Assembly: GCF_035084215.1 (NCBI RefSeq)
Contig: NC_090354.1
Coordinates: forward strand, 24,552,001 to 24,616,000
DNA length: 64,000 nucleotides
Direction of reading: 5' to 3'
Source: Heptranchias perlo
Taxonomy: Eukaryota
Below, in pieces: positions 13,801 to 24,998 of this stretch. A program made the translations under genes and the position numbers. The notes under the pieces are model-generated. The model saw only the letters and a list, made by a program, of their open reading frames with translations. It was not told the DNA's origin and did no database searches. The first letter of the stretch is position 1; every line of letters begins with the position of its first letter.

Positions 13801-14305
13801 TGGGCGGCCAACACTGGATTTAAATTTCCTGATTAAAGTTCTGATAAGTTTGGTGATCTTACTCATAGTTTCCATAAACCGCCTTTTTGAATAAAATAAT
13901 ATCCAGTGTTCACTCACCTGTAACCCCTTCGAAAGTTTCATCAGGTTCAAAGACTTGGTTTTCAGCGAGAGCCTCTCTTCAACACACACTCGGGGAAAGG
14001 GACCGCCCTGAAACAGAAAATCATCACCGTTACAGACAGCCTAGAGAGAAATACAGGAGAATCAGTGGCTTTTAATTGAATCAAGTTACAAAACCCCAAA
14101 CTATTTCTCCTGATATAACTTTTCACAACAGACCCTGTGTGGTTCGGATCCGGCTCTGGGTGATGGTTAAACTCACCATTTCATTCAGTTTGCTGAGAGT
14201 CTCTGTGTTGAGAACTTGCTGTAACTGCAGCCTCTCACAGCCCAGACTCAGGGTCCCGGACAAGACCCACACAATCCAAAATCTCCAAACACTCGCCAAA
14301 TCCAT
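10860..14305 (-). CDS. IFN: Type I interferon gene B, 185 aa: exon 1b 14305-14177, exon 2 14007-13918, exon 3 11306-11067, exon 4 10958-10860
   Basis: All GT-AG phase-0 junctions, open frame. Signal peptide MDLASVWRFWIVWVLSGTLSLG|CERL (cf. IFN-alpha SLG|CDLP); Cys at mature positions 1, 29, 101, 136; CAWEIIRAE motif. Confidence 0.93.
11345..13511 (+). mobile_element. Degenerate CR1 ORF2 plus 3' tail filling intron 2 of gene B (antisense to the gene)
   Basis: WGAFKEE/HPSLLREV/PEDWRI-type peptides; ATTCTATG tail near 13495-13511. Confidence 0.85.
13560..13765. repeat. GA-rich degenerate tandem repeat (GAGTGAGATAG-like) in intron 2; counterparts at about 28020-28180, 38200-38570 and 60670-60990
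   Basis: Repeated gagtgagat/agatagttagag units. Confidence 0.65.
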
Positions 14306-14507
14306 GTTCAATTGAGCCTGGGGAAAGCGCCGATCTGAAGGGTCAGAAACCGGATCGGGTTCAGCTCCGAAAACGGTTCTTGTCACTGAATGAAACTCTG
14401 GAAGGCGAAATGCAGCCGCTTGAGATTCCAGAGCGACCGCCGGAGCTGCCGAGTCCTGTGGGTGTGCGGCTGAATGATGCTGGGAGCTTTCACTGCCATG
14501 CTGTCGG

Positions 14508-14630
14508 CTTTAAGAGGAGACACTGGCAATGTGTGGCATTAGATTCGAAAAGTGAAATCGGGCTGCAGGAGTTTCTGAGGTGAGGAATCTAAAAGTTGGA
14601 GATTCCTCAACCAGCGACTGGAAAATCCCC
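14508..14630 (-). promoter_or_regulatory. Proximal (1b) promoter of gene B: TATA-like CTTAAAG, IRF element, NF-kB site
   Basis: CTTAAAG on the - strand 14508-14514; GAAAAGTGAAA 14547-14557; GGGGATTTTCC on the - strand 14620-14630. Confidence 0.7.
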
Positions 14631-14799
14631 GATGGAAGATCACAACCAGCGCCTCGTTCCAGCTCAATGTTCCATCGATTTGTACCAATATTTCACCATG
14701 GATTTTGGAAAACCCTATTGTTTCCTCAGAATTGTAAGGATTCGCATCACGGGGGCACTAAAGGGGCAGTTGTTTAGATTGATGGACTGTCTCCATTTC

Positions 14800-15430
14800 C
14801 CCTTTACCCCATCACATTCCCCCTCTACCGTCAGTATCCGATTTCCAGCTCCCTCAGTTTCTGATCCCCTCCTCAATATCAGGGTGTCCCTCTCCTCAGG
14901 CCCTGAATCCCATCCCTTCTGTATCTGATTCTTCCTCCCTCCACGAGTTCTTATCTCCCCCTTCCCTCCGATTCTGATTTCCCCTCAGGTCCTCATTTCC
15001 CTCTTCCCATAGTGTCTGATTCCGCATCCCCTCAATATCTGATTCCCGCACTTTCCTGAGTTTATGATTTCCCCAATCCTCAGTGTCCTGTTTCCATTCC
15101 CTCAAATCTTTTTCCCCTCCACTCAGGTCCCAAGGTCCCATTTTCACTCCGTCTCAGTATATAATCTATTCCCCTAGAGCGCGATTCTCTTCCCCTCAAT
15201 ATAAGTTTAACCCTCTCGTCAGTGTTTCAGTTCCCTTCTCCACTCAGTGTCTGATTATAATTCCCCCTCAAATCTGATTCCCCCCTTGGCTCAGAGTTTG
15301 ATCCCAATTCGCGCCAGGGTCCGATTCCCTCTCTCCCCTCAGATTCTGATCACTTTCTCAGTCAGCGTCTGATGTCCCCCCTCCTCTATCTGTTTCTCCT
15401 TGTCCCCTCAGTGTCCAATTCCCCACTTTC
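14800..15430. repeat. Pyrimidine-rich TCTGATTCCC/CCTCAG degenerate minisatellite between exons 1a and 1b (also about 28800-29660, 39570-39830, 45067-45458, 46161-46560, 57900-58298, 59009-59660)
   Basis: Many ctgattcccc-like units; G-rich on the IFN sense strand in every copy. Confidence 0.75.
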
Positions 15431-15671
15431 ACCATGGGTCCAATTAGACCTCTTGGTTTCAGGAGGCTTTTGCTGTTGGACACGATCAGGGAGTGAGAGC
15501 AAGTGTAACAGAAGAGAGTGACTCTAACAATTAAAACGACCAAATGAATACTGCCCAACCAGTGAGTATTAATTGGATAAGAAACATACAACTCCATGCT
15601 ATGTCTCCTGATTTGACTTTTCACAACAAACAGACGGTTCGGATCCGGCTCTGGATGCTGTTTAAACTCAC

Positions 15672-15803
15672 CATTTCATTCAGTTTCCTCAGAGTCTCTC
15701 TGTTGAGAACTTGCTGTAACTGCAGCCTCTCACAGCCCAGACTCAGGGTCCCGGAAAACAAAACCCACACAATCCAAAATCTCCAAACACTCGCCAAATC
15801 CAT
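15672..15803 (-). CDS. IFN: Distal alternative first exon (1a) of IFN gene B, 44 codons; in-frame upstream ATG at 15818
   Basis: MDLASVWRFWIVWVLFSGTLSLGCERLQLQQVLNRETLRKLNEM|gtgagt; no private exon 2 before exon 1b. Confidence 0.75.
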
Positions 15804-15819
15804 ATTCAACCGACCCATG

Positions 15820-17240
15820 GGTAAAACGCCGATTTGAAGGATGAGAAACTGAGCGGATCGCGGTTCAGCTCCGAAAACGGTTCTGAATGAAACTCTGGAA
15901 GTCGAAATGTCGCCGCTTGTGATCCCGGAGCGGTTGCCTGAGCTGCCGAGTCCTGTGGGTGTGCGGCTGGATACTGCTGGGAGCTCTCACTGCCATGCTG
16001 TCGGCTTTAAGAGGAGAGACTGGGAATGTTTGGATTACATTCGAAAAGTGAAATCTGGCCGCAGGAGAGCAATAATTTGTGCGGTTCCTTTCTGAGGTAA
16101 GGAATCTAAAAGCTGGAGATTCGTGAACCAGCGACTGGAAAATCCCCCATCGAAGATCACAACCAGCGCTCGGTCCCAGCTCAATGTTGTCTGGATTCGA
16201 ATCAAGGCAGCACTGAAGTGGTGTCGGGGGCAGAGTCTGTATTGGGGGAGTGCGGACATGTATTGGGGGCTGTATTTTATAATCCGGGTTATAGTGACAC
16301 CGACAGCGGTGATCCCGGTGCCGCGGCTTTTAGTGCTGACATTCGGCTCCATGGAGAGCGATTCCCTTTTAAATCCACTCTCTCCCCGGTGTGCTCACAT
16401 CGTGCTTTTACTGTTCACACTTCGCGGGCTGGACATTGCAGAGAGCCCGGCTCACAGTGCAGGGTCACGGTCTGATGCTGTCTGTCCGATTCCCCTGTCG
16501 GAGATTCTGCTCTTTCAGTAGAAAAAGTTCCTCATTTCTCGGTTGTTTTTTGGAGGTTTCTTGAGATTTTCTTCTCCAAGAATATTTAATCTGCTCGGAC
16601 TCTGAATCCGAAGGAAGAACCGACTCCTTTTCTTTCATCGTTTCTTTCTTTTCTCTCTCCCGGGAAAGTGTCCGTGTCAGTTTGTCTGTGAAAATGAGCC
16701 TTGTGTCAATTTCACCGAAAGCGAAAGTGCCTCAGGGAAAGTGACGAGTCTCGTCATTTCCGAAATTGAGGAGTGTTTGTAAACAGAACGGATCACCCTG
16801 AGAGGGAGTGAGGGGGATCTGGGAAAAGGTTTGGGATATCCGGGATACCCCGGTTACTGGGGGAACATCACAAAATCACTCTCAGCTGTAACTACAAACA
16901 AAAACTTCTCCATGAGTGAATCTGGGACCGAATCTCACCAGCACCACCTGTGGACAGCGGCAGTGAGTGATTTGGGCTTGAATTAAACAATCACATTACA
17001 GCAACTTAAAGAGATACTGTTTTGGTGAAAGCCTTTCCATCAAGTCGTTTAGTTTTTGATTGACCTCCCAAGGCTGGGGATCAGTGGTTATAGGGAGAGC
17101 TAAGATTAAAACTGAAATTTTAAAATTGCGAATAATATTAGGCTAATGTTGTAATAATTATTAAAAGTTCCGAAGGGAGGCGAAAAGGGGATCAGGAAGT
17201 TTAAAAGGGAGTCTGAAAAGCACTGGTGGGCAATACACAC
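15820..17240 (-). promoter_or_regulatory. Distal (1a) promoter block of gene B
   Basis: CTTAAAG 16005-16011; IRF-E GAAAAGTGAAA 16043-16053; kB 16137-16147; ISRE-like GAAAGCGAAAGT 16717-16728; CpG-rich; near-identical in C, D and E. Confidence 0.7.
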
Positions 17241-17689
17241 GGAGGATGAAACGTTAATGTGGCTGAAAGATGAAAGGATTGGAGGGTGGCATGAAATAGT
17301 AAGCCCCTTTCGTCTTAACTCAGCTATAGGCCAATTTATGGAGTCCATAATCTGGGAAGAAATTTATGAATACTTGAAAAGACATGGGGTCATTAGGGGC
17401 AGTCATCATGAACAGGTTGTGTTTGGATAACTATTTAACTTTTTCAAGGAAGTCACATATATAAATAAAGGAATGTAGTCAGAGTTTTAGTTATAGATTT
17501 TCAAAATTTGTAGGATAAAATGTCACACAAGTGATTTTCATTCCCACTTTCCACTGATTCCCCTCCCCACTCATTGCCTGATGTCCCTTCCACTCATTGT
17601 CTCATTTTCCCTTGTATCGTCCCTGACTGATCCTCCAAATCCCCTCCCCACTAGGTATCTCGGAATTTCTCTTTCTACTTAATGCCTTC

Positions 17690-18410
17690 AATTTTAGAAT
17701 GGATATGAAAGTAAGAAAGTTATGCTGAACCTTTATAAATCACTGGTTAGGCCTCAGTTGGAGAATTATGTCCAATTCTGGGCACCATACTTAAGAAGAA
17801 CGTTAAGGTCTTAGAGAGGGTGCAGTGGTGATTGACTAGAATGGTATCAGGGATGAGGGACATCAGTTACATGGAGAGACTAGAGAAGCTGGGGTATTAT
17901 TCTTAGAGCAGAGAAGGTTAAGAGAAGAATAATATAGATGTTCAGAATCATGAACGGTTTTTATGGAATAAATGTGGAGAAACTGTTTCCAATGGCAGAC
18001 GTGCTGAAGCCTGGAGGACCCCCCTCGATTGCTATTTAAAGGGACTATGCAGGATTTACAGGTTAGTGGCTGGATTATTGCTTCTTGCTGCCGAGACATT
18101 TGTAACTGTTTTTGGAGGTCTCCTAGCCTTGAATACTAGGACCCGGGGACATAGCCTAACATTTAGAGCCTGAGTGTGCAGGAGTGACGTTAGGAAATGC
18201 TTCTACACGCAAAGGGTGGGAGATGTTTGGATCGCTCTTCTGCAGATGGCAGTTGATGCTAGCTCACTTGTGAATGTTAAAGCTGATATTGATAGATTTC
18301 TGTGAACCAAGGGTATTAAGGCATATGGGGCTAAGGCAGGTATATGGAGTTAGGTCTCAGGTCCACGATGATCTCATTGAATGGTGGAACAGGCTTGAGG
18401 GGCTAAATGC
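17690..18410 (+). mobile_element. CR1 3' fragments
   Basis: RT C-terminal remnants (LNLYKSLVRPQLE..VQFWAP) and a CR1-like 3' UTR. Confidence 0.7.
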
Positions 18411-19404
18411 CACTCCCACTTGCTGCCTCCTGGTATGTGCCACATTCTCCTACAAGAAAGTGGGATGTCTGGGTGATGTGCCTGTCATGGTTGAATAGCT
18501 ACCAGTGTGTGTGGCCTGTGAGTTGTGGGTGGGTGGCTTGCGACAGTGGTAATGTTTAAGGGTGAGAGGAAGCATCTGATTGGAAGTATTGAGTACAGAT
18601 GGAAAGAGTTTGTAGATATGTGGGTGATGAGGGGTGTCGTGCGTGGTGTAGTTGGTAGGAGACGACACTTGACAGTTGGCCTCACTCACCTTGACCACTC
18701 ATGTCAAAGCATTGAACTTCTTCCTGCATTGCATCCATGTTCATGATGTTTGGTGCCTGGTATTGACTTCATCCCCCACTGCCTCCCACAGCCTTTTGGA
18801 TATATGTCTGGAGTGCTTCTTGCACCCCGCACCCCCCCCCCCCCGCCCCCCCCGCTTATATAGGATGTCCCTCCTTCTGTCCACCCCTTGCACCAAGGTC
18901 TCTAGTGCATCAGCAGAGAACCTTGGTGCTTGCACTCTCGCAGGCCTGGTACCAACTCAGATCGACAGATTGGTGAGGTCCGGCGTGCAGATTGGAGGAT
19001 GTGGGATTTAGTAGTGCGCAACTTTTATTCAATGTTTTAACATAACTTAAATGTGTAAACATAGGGATGGGACCTGCACCTGTATTTCACGTGTGCGATC
19101 TCTGATCTCTTTTCAAACTCCATGCAGACAGCAGACTGTTATTTTCAGCAAATAACAGATACCAACTACTTTCAGAGATTTCTAAGAAACATCCTCCCTT
19201 TAAGAGATTGAGCTCGCCCCAGTGGTGGAAAATGCAAATTGCATTGATTGCAGGTCCAAGGCCCGGAATGGAACATTGATTGCAGGTGAGTCCTCTGGCC
19301 GGCGGAAACTTACGTCCTGCCTGCTCAGGGGTCATTGACCGTGGGGTAATAACGCATTGCGCTACCTGCACCCAAAAACGGCCCTTATCCAATTTTTTTT
19401 CCCC
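18410..19404 (-). mobile_element. PIF/Harbinger-like DNA transposon remnant with a Myb/SANT-like DNA-binding pseudo-exon (about 18690-18945)
   Basis: APRFSADALETLVQGVDRRRDILY...LWEAVGDEVNTRHQTS*TWMQCRKKFNALT*VVK|gtgagt, two TGA stops; GGGG-AAATT type terminus at about 19404. Confidence 0.65.
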
Positions 19405-19439
19405 CATTATCTCTAAATAGATGAATAACTCAGTCAAAA

Positions 19440-22400
19440 GAAGAAGTGCTGAGCACCATGGGAGGAGCCCCAGGTATCAGTGCAAAAGCAGGAGCGGAGC
19501 AGAGTTGTGATAAGCGGTGCTGAGCACCAGGGGAGGAACCCTTTCCCATTCATGAAGAACAGAGGGAGTGACATCACAGTGACGTCACAGTGAACAGAGA
19601 GGAGGAGCTCTGAGTGACCCCGGATTAAGGGTAGGTTAATTGGAATAAGTTAACAATAAGTAAATTAATAATAAGCAAGTATCCAAAGGGAGTTTGCAAA
19701 AAGAAGCTTTCTAAATATAATGGAATGACAGTTGAGACTCATTGCCTGCAATCCCTGTGCCGTGTTGGAGTTTCAGGATGCTTCATGTATCCTTGAGGGC
19801 CACACGTGCAGGAAATGCCTCTAGTTTCTCGAGCTTAAGCTGAGGGTTTCTGAGATTGAGAGGCAGCTGGAGTCACTGCAGAGCATAAGGAAGGCTGAAG
19901 GTTTCATGGATCGTACATTGCAGCAGGTGGTCACTCTGCAGGTACAGAGAGTTCAGGATAGCAAGTGGGTGGCCGACCGAACTGACAGGAAGAGGCAGGC
20001 AGTGCAAGAATCTTCTGGGTGTGTGGCACTCTCACTGGTATTCAATTCAGCATTGAATACCAGTGAGGGTGACAACACCTGAAAGGAGTGCAGTCCTGAG
20101 CGTGGCACCATGGGGCAAAGGATTGCACAGTGGGGCAGAGTGAAGTGTAGAACTGCAGTAGTCATCGGGGATTCGATAGTCAAAGGGACAGACGGTCGTT
20201 TCTGTGATCGCCGACTTGAGTCCCACATGTTGTGTTGCCTCCCTGGTGCCAGGGTGAAGGACATCATGGAGAGGGTGCAGAATATTCTGTGGGGGGAATA
20301 GAAACAGCCAGAAGTCGTGGTCTGTGTGTGGGTTCCAACGACAAAGGAAAGAAAGGGGATGAGGTCCTGCGGTCAGAGTTTCAGGATCTAGGGAGGAAGT
20401 TAAAAAGCAGGACGTCAAAGGTAGTAATCTCTGGATTACTCCCAGTGCCATGCGCCAGTGAATACAGAAAGAGGAAGATAAGGAAAGTTTATGCATGACT
20501 AGAGATATGGTGCAAGAGGGAGGGCTTCAGATTCTTGGGGCATCAGGACCAGTTCTGGGGCAGGAGGGAACTGTTCAAGACGAATAGATTGCACCTCAGT
20601 AGACCTGGGACCAATGTCCACATGGGGTGGGTCACCAGTGCTGTGGGGGAGGGTTTAAACTAATTTTGCAAGGTGATGGTCACCAGCAAGAAGCATTAGA
20701 AAGGAGAAACAAAGTGCACAAAGCATTGTGAGAGACTGATAGCACTAGAGTAAGAAATAGTACAGTGTTAGGTGGGATCGGTCTAAGAGATAATATGAGA
20801 AGGTCTAAGATAGGTTTAGAGTGTGTGTGTGTGTGTGTGTGTGAAGGCACAAAGCCTGGTAAATAAGGTTGGTGAGCTGCAGGTGCAAATAGTCACATGG
20901 GAATATGATGTAGTGGCGATAATGGAGACCTGGCTCAAAAAAGGGCAGGATTGGGAATTAAATATTCCTGGATACATGGTGTTCAGGAAAGATTTGAAGT
21001 AAGAAAAGGAGGTGGGGTGGGGGATTGGTGGCAGTATGATTAAGGAGAATATTTGGTTAGAGATATAAACAATAGAGGTGCTATTACACTACTGGGTGTA
21101 TTCTATATGCCGCCAACTAGTGGGAAGGATGAAGGATATAGAGGAGGAAATTTGCAGGGAAATTACAGAGAGGTGCAAGAACTATCGAGTAGTGATAATG
21201 GGGGACTTCAAACATCCTAATATAGTGTGGGATAGTAATAGTGTAAATGGCAACGAGGGGGAGGAATTTCTGAAGTGTGTTCTGAAGAACTTTCTTGATC
21301 AGTATATTTCCGGCCAACGAGAGAGGAGGCATTGCTGGATCTAGGGAAACCAAAGCTAGAGCTCCCTGCGTGACGGAAGAGATAGAATAAGATGAAACAG
21401 AAATAGACAGTATGACAGATGCCAGGTTGATAATACAAGAGAGAACCAGGCGGAATATAGAAAGTACAGAGGAGAAGTGAAAAAGGAAATAAGAGGGGCA
21501 AAGAGAGAGTATGAGAATAGACTAGCAGCTAACATAAAAGGGAATTCAAAATATTCTACAGGCATATAAATAGTAAACGGGTAATAAGATGAGGGATGGA
21601 GTCAATTAGGGACCAAAAATGAGATCTACACATGGAGGCAGAGGGCATGGCCACGTTGCAAATGAGATCCTTGCATTTGTCTTTACCAAGGAAGCAGATG
21701 CTGCCAAAGTCACAGTAGAAGAGGAGGTAGTTGCGATACTGGATGGGCTAAAAATTGATAAAGATGAGCTACTAGAAAGGCTGGTGAGGGTTGACGAGGG
21801 CAATGCGATTGATGTTGTGTATATGGACTTTCAAAAGGCACTTGATAAAGTGCCACATAATAGGCTTATCAGCAAAATTGAAGCCCATGGAATAAAAGGA
21901 GCAGCAGCAGCATGTATACGAAATTGTCTAAGTGACAGGACACAGAGAGCAGTGGTGAACTGTTGTTTTTTGGACTGGCGGAAGGTATACAGTGGTGTTC
22001 CCCTGGGGTCGGTATTATGTCCACTGCTTTTTTGATATATATTAATGACTTGGACTTAGGTGTACAGGGCCCAATTTCAAAATTTGCAGTTGGCACAAAA
22101 CTTGGAAGTGTGGGAAACAGGAAGGAGGATAATAATAGAATTCAAAAGGACATAGACAGACTGGTGGAATGGGCGAACACATGGCAGAAGAAATTTAGTG
22201 CAGAGAAGTGCAAAGTGATACATTTTGGCAAGAAAGATGAGGAGAGGCAATATAAACTAAACGGTACAATTCTAAAAGGGGAGCAAGAATAGAGAGACCT
22301 GGAGGTATATGTGCAGAAATCTTTGAAAGTGGCAGGACAGCTTGAGAAACCGGTTTAAAAGGCAAGTGGGATCCTGAACTTTATAAATAGAGTTATTGAG

Positions 22401-22990
22401 TACAAAAGCAAGAAAGTTATGTTGAACATTTATAAAACACTGTTTCAGCCACAACTGGAGTATTGTGTCCAATTCTGGCCACCGCACTTTAGGAAGGATG
22501 TGAAGGCCTTAGAGAGGGTGCAGAAAGATTTACTAGAATGGTTCCAGAGAGGAGTGACTTCAGTTACCTGGATAGACTGGAGAAGCTGGAGTTGTTCCCC
22601 TTAGAGCAGATATTTGATTGAAACATTCAAAGTCATGAAGGGTTCAGATAAAGTAAATACAGAGAAACAGTTCCGATTGGCAGAAGGGTCGAGAACCAAA
22701 GGATACAGATTCAGGTGATTGGCAAAAGAACCAAAGGTGACATGAGGAAAACCATTTTTATGCAGCGAGTTTCTATGATCTGGAATGCGCTGCTGAAAAG
22801 GGTGGTGGAAGCAGATTCAATCATAGCTTTCAAAAAGGAATTGTATAAATACTTGAAGGGAAAAATTTGCAGGGCTATGGGGAAAGGATGGGGGAATGCG
22901 ACTAACCGGATTGCTCTTACAAAGAGACAGCACTGGTTCGATGGGCCGAATGGCATCCTTCTGTGCTGTAACCATTCTATATGATTCTAA
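19440..22990 (+). mobile_element. Old, degenerate, near full-length CR1 (5' UTR, esterase ORF1 about 19720-20663, internally deleted ORF2)
   Basis: VIGDSIVKGTDGRFC...CCLPGARVKDI (SGNH), IMGDF (APE), YMDFQKALDKVPH (RT), tail at about 22975-22990. Confidence 0.85.
20821..20843. repeat. (GT)n microsatellite
   Basis: gtgtgtgtgtgtgtgtgtgtgtg. Confidence 0.9.
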
Positions 22991-24998
22991 GAGACGGTAA
23001 TCAGAGGTCCCAGATTTAAGGTAATAACATTTTCAGGGCTATGGGGAAAGGGCTGGAGCATGGGACTAATTGGATATCTCTACCAAAGGGCTGGCACAGG
23101 TATGGTGGGCTGAATGGCCTCTATTGTACTGTATGATTCTATGATTGTATGCATTATGAATCAATTCCCCCTTTCCTGCTCAACACCTCAGGCTCGATCA
23201 TCTCTCATTCAGAGGGACAATCGGGAATATTGGGTTGAATAGCTGAAAAGAAAAACTGTGGTAGTATCTAGGAGATAGAGTGGAACCAGTGGATGTAATA
23301 TATTTGTATTTTCAAAAGGCATTCGATAAGGTGCCACCTAAAAGGTTGTTACGCAAGATAAGGGTTCATGGGGTTGGGGGTAATATATTAGTAAGCATGG
23401 ATGATTGATGAAGAGACAGAAAACAGAAAGTAGGTATAAATGGGTCATTTTCAGGTTGGCTGGCTGTACTCTCTGGATTTTAGAAGAATGAGAGGTGCTC
23501 TCATTGAAGCACATAAGATTCTGAGGGGGCTTGACAGGGTAGATGCTGAGAGGTTGTTTCCCCTGGCTGGAGAGTCTAGAAGGACGGGGCATAGTTGCAG
23601 GTGAAGGGGTCGGGCATTTTGGACTGAGATGAGGAGGAATTTCTTCACTTAGAAGGTTGTGAATCTTTGGAATTCTCTAACCCAGAGGGCAGAGGATGTG
23701 TATATTCACGGCTGAGATAGATAGATTTTTGGACTCAAGGGAGTAAAGTGATATGTGGATCGGGCGGGAAAATGGAGTTGATGTCAAAGATCAGCCATAC
23801 TGAATGGCGGAGCATGCTCGAGGGGCTGTATGGTCTACTCCTGCTTCTATTTCTTATGTTCTAATTTCTTATGTCCTTATGGTAAATTGGGTTCAAATGG
23901 GGTTGACATGCTTTGATTGGGGATGAACAATCAGACAGTGGAGAGAGGATAATAGAGGAGAGGGAGTCACGGTAACAGGCAGCAGGGAGGAGAATCCAGA
24001 GCATTTATAATGAGTATGAGAAACTGACAGATACAAATGGGAAATGAATATCACTCCAGTAAAAGTGTTATCATTAAAACAATTTATTTTCACACACGTT
24101 TTCATTCAGTATAAAAAGTTTTCAGTTTAGCAAAACATTGTCTATTCCCCAACTCTTAATAAATATCAATAAATTAATATTTCTTTTTGAACTCACATTA
24201 CGCATTGTATAAAACTTTAACATTTCATTAGTTGAAGAGATCACGATGATAAATATCAATAAATTAAGATGACCCTGAGACGAGTTGAAGTGCTGGCCGC
24301 TGGGAGAGCAGAAACTAAAAGGTCAGAGCGGGTCAGGGATAAGGTCAGGGGGCATCAGTCTGGAGCCCAACCTTTGAAATCCTGACTTCACTCTGTAATC
24401 CAGTGACCGAGCTGGGTATTGGCAGGGCAATCCAGTGCAGAGAGTTGTCACTGGAAGATCAGCAACTGGAATAAGGAGCCTCACAAAGCTGAATGGCAAT
24501 GGAACAGTTTCCCTATGGAATGGGGCTGGAACCAACAACCTTCTGACTCAGAGTGTTACCGCTGAGCTAAGTTGACAACATTGTAAAATTAATAATACTT
24601 TTCATTACATAAAATACAATATTTTAGAAATTCAGTGCCTTTAACATAAAGTATCATCATTCTTAGTCTGAATTAAACAAGTCATTGGAAAATCTTCATG
24701 TTTACTCTTCTCATTTTTGTCTTTACACATTGTGTAAAAAGTGTATAATTTTATTGCAGTGAAACCTTTAACATTTCATCAAGGTAAATATTACACCAAT
24801 AAATATCAATAAATTAAAATAAATAAACAAATATAGAACAATATTAAGACATTCGTTCTTCTTCATCAGTCACCTCGCTTGTTTACAGCATCACAAGGTA
24901 ACATCTGTCAAAATATAAATATTTTTTTATAAATAGATGGTCTTTTAAATAAATATTAATTGTTCCCAATCTCTATTAAACATGTCTTTGGAAAGTCT

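Noticed and set aside
15672-15803. Exons 1a as separate single-exon or additional IFN genes
   Set aside because: No private exons 2-4; unspliced read-through hits stops at different positions in each copy
16035-16521. 105-, 132- and 85-aa ORFs repeated four times in the distal promoter block
   Set aside because: Overlapping frames on both strands, several with non-ATG starts, no recognisable domain; their conservation follows from near-identical DNA
18690-18945. Possible host Myb/SANT-domain gene
   Set aside because: Two in-frame stops and transposon-like context; treated as a Harbinger remnant
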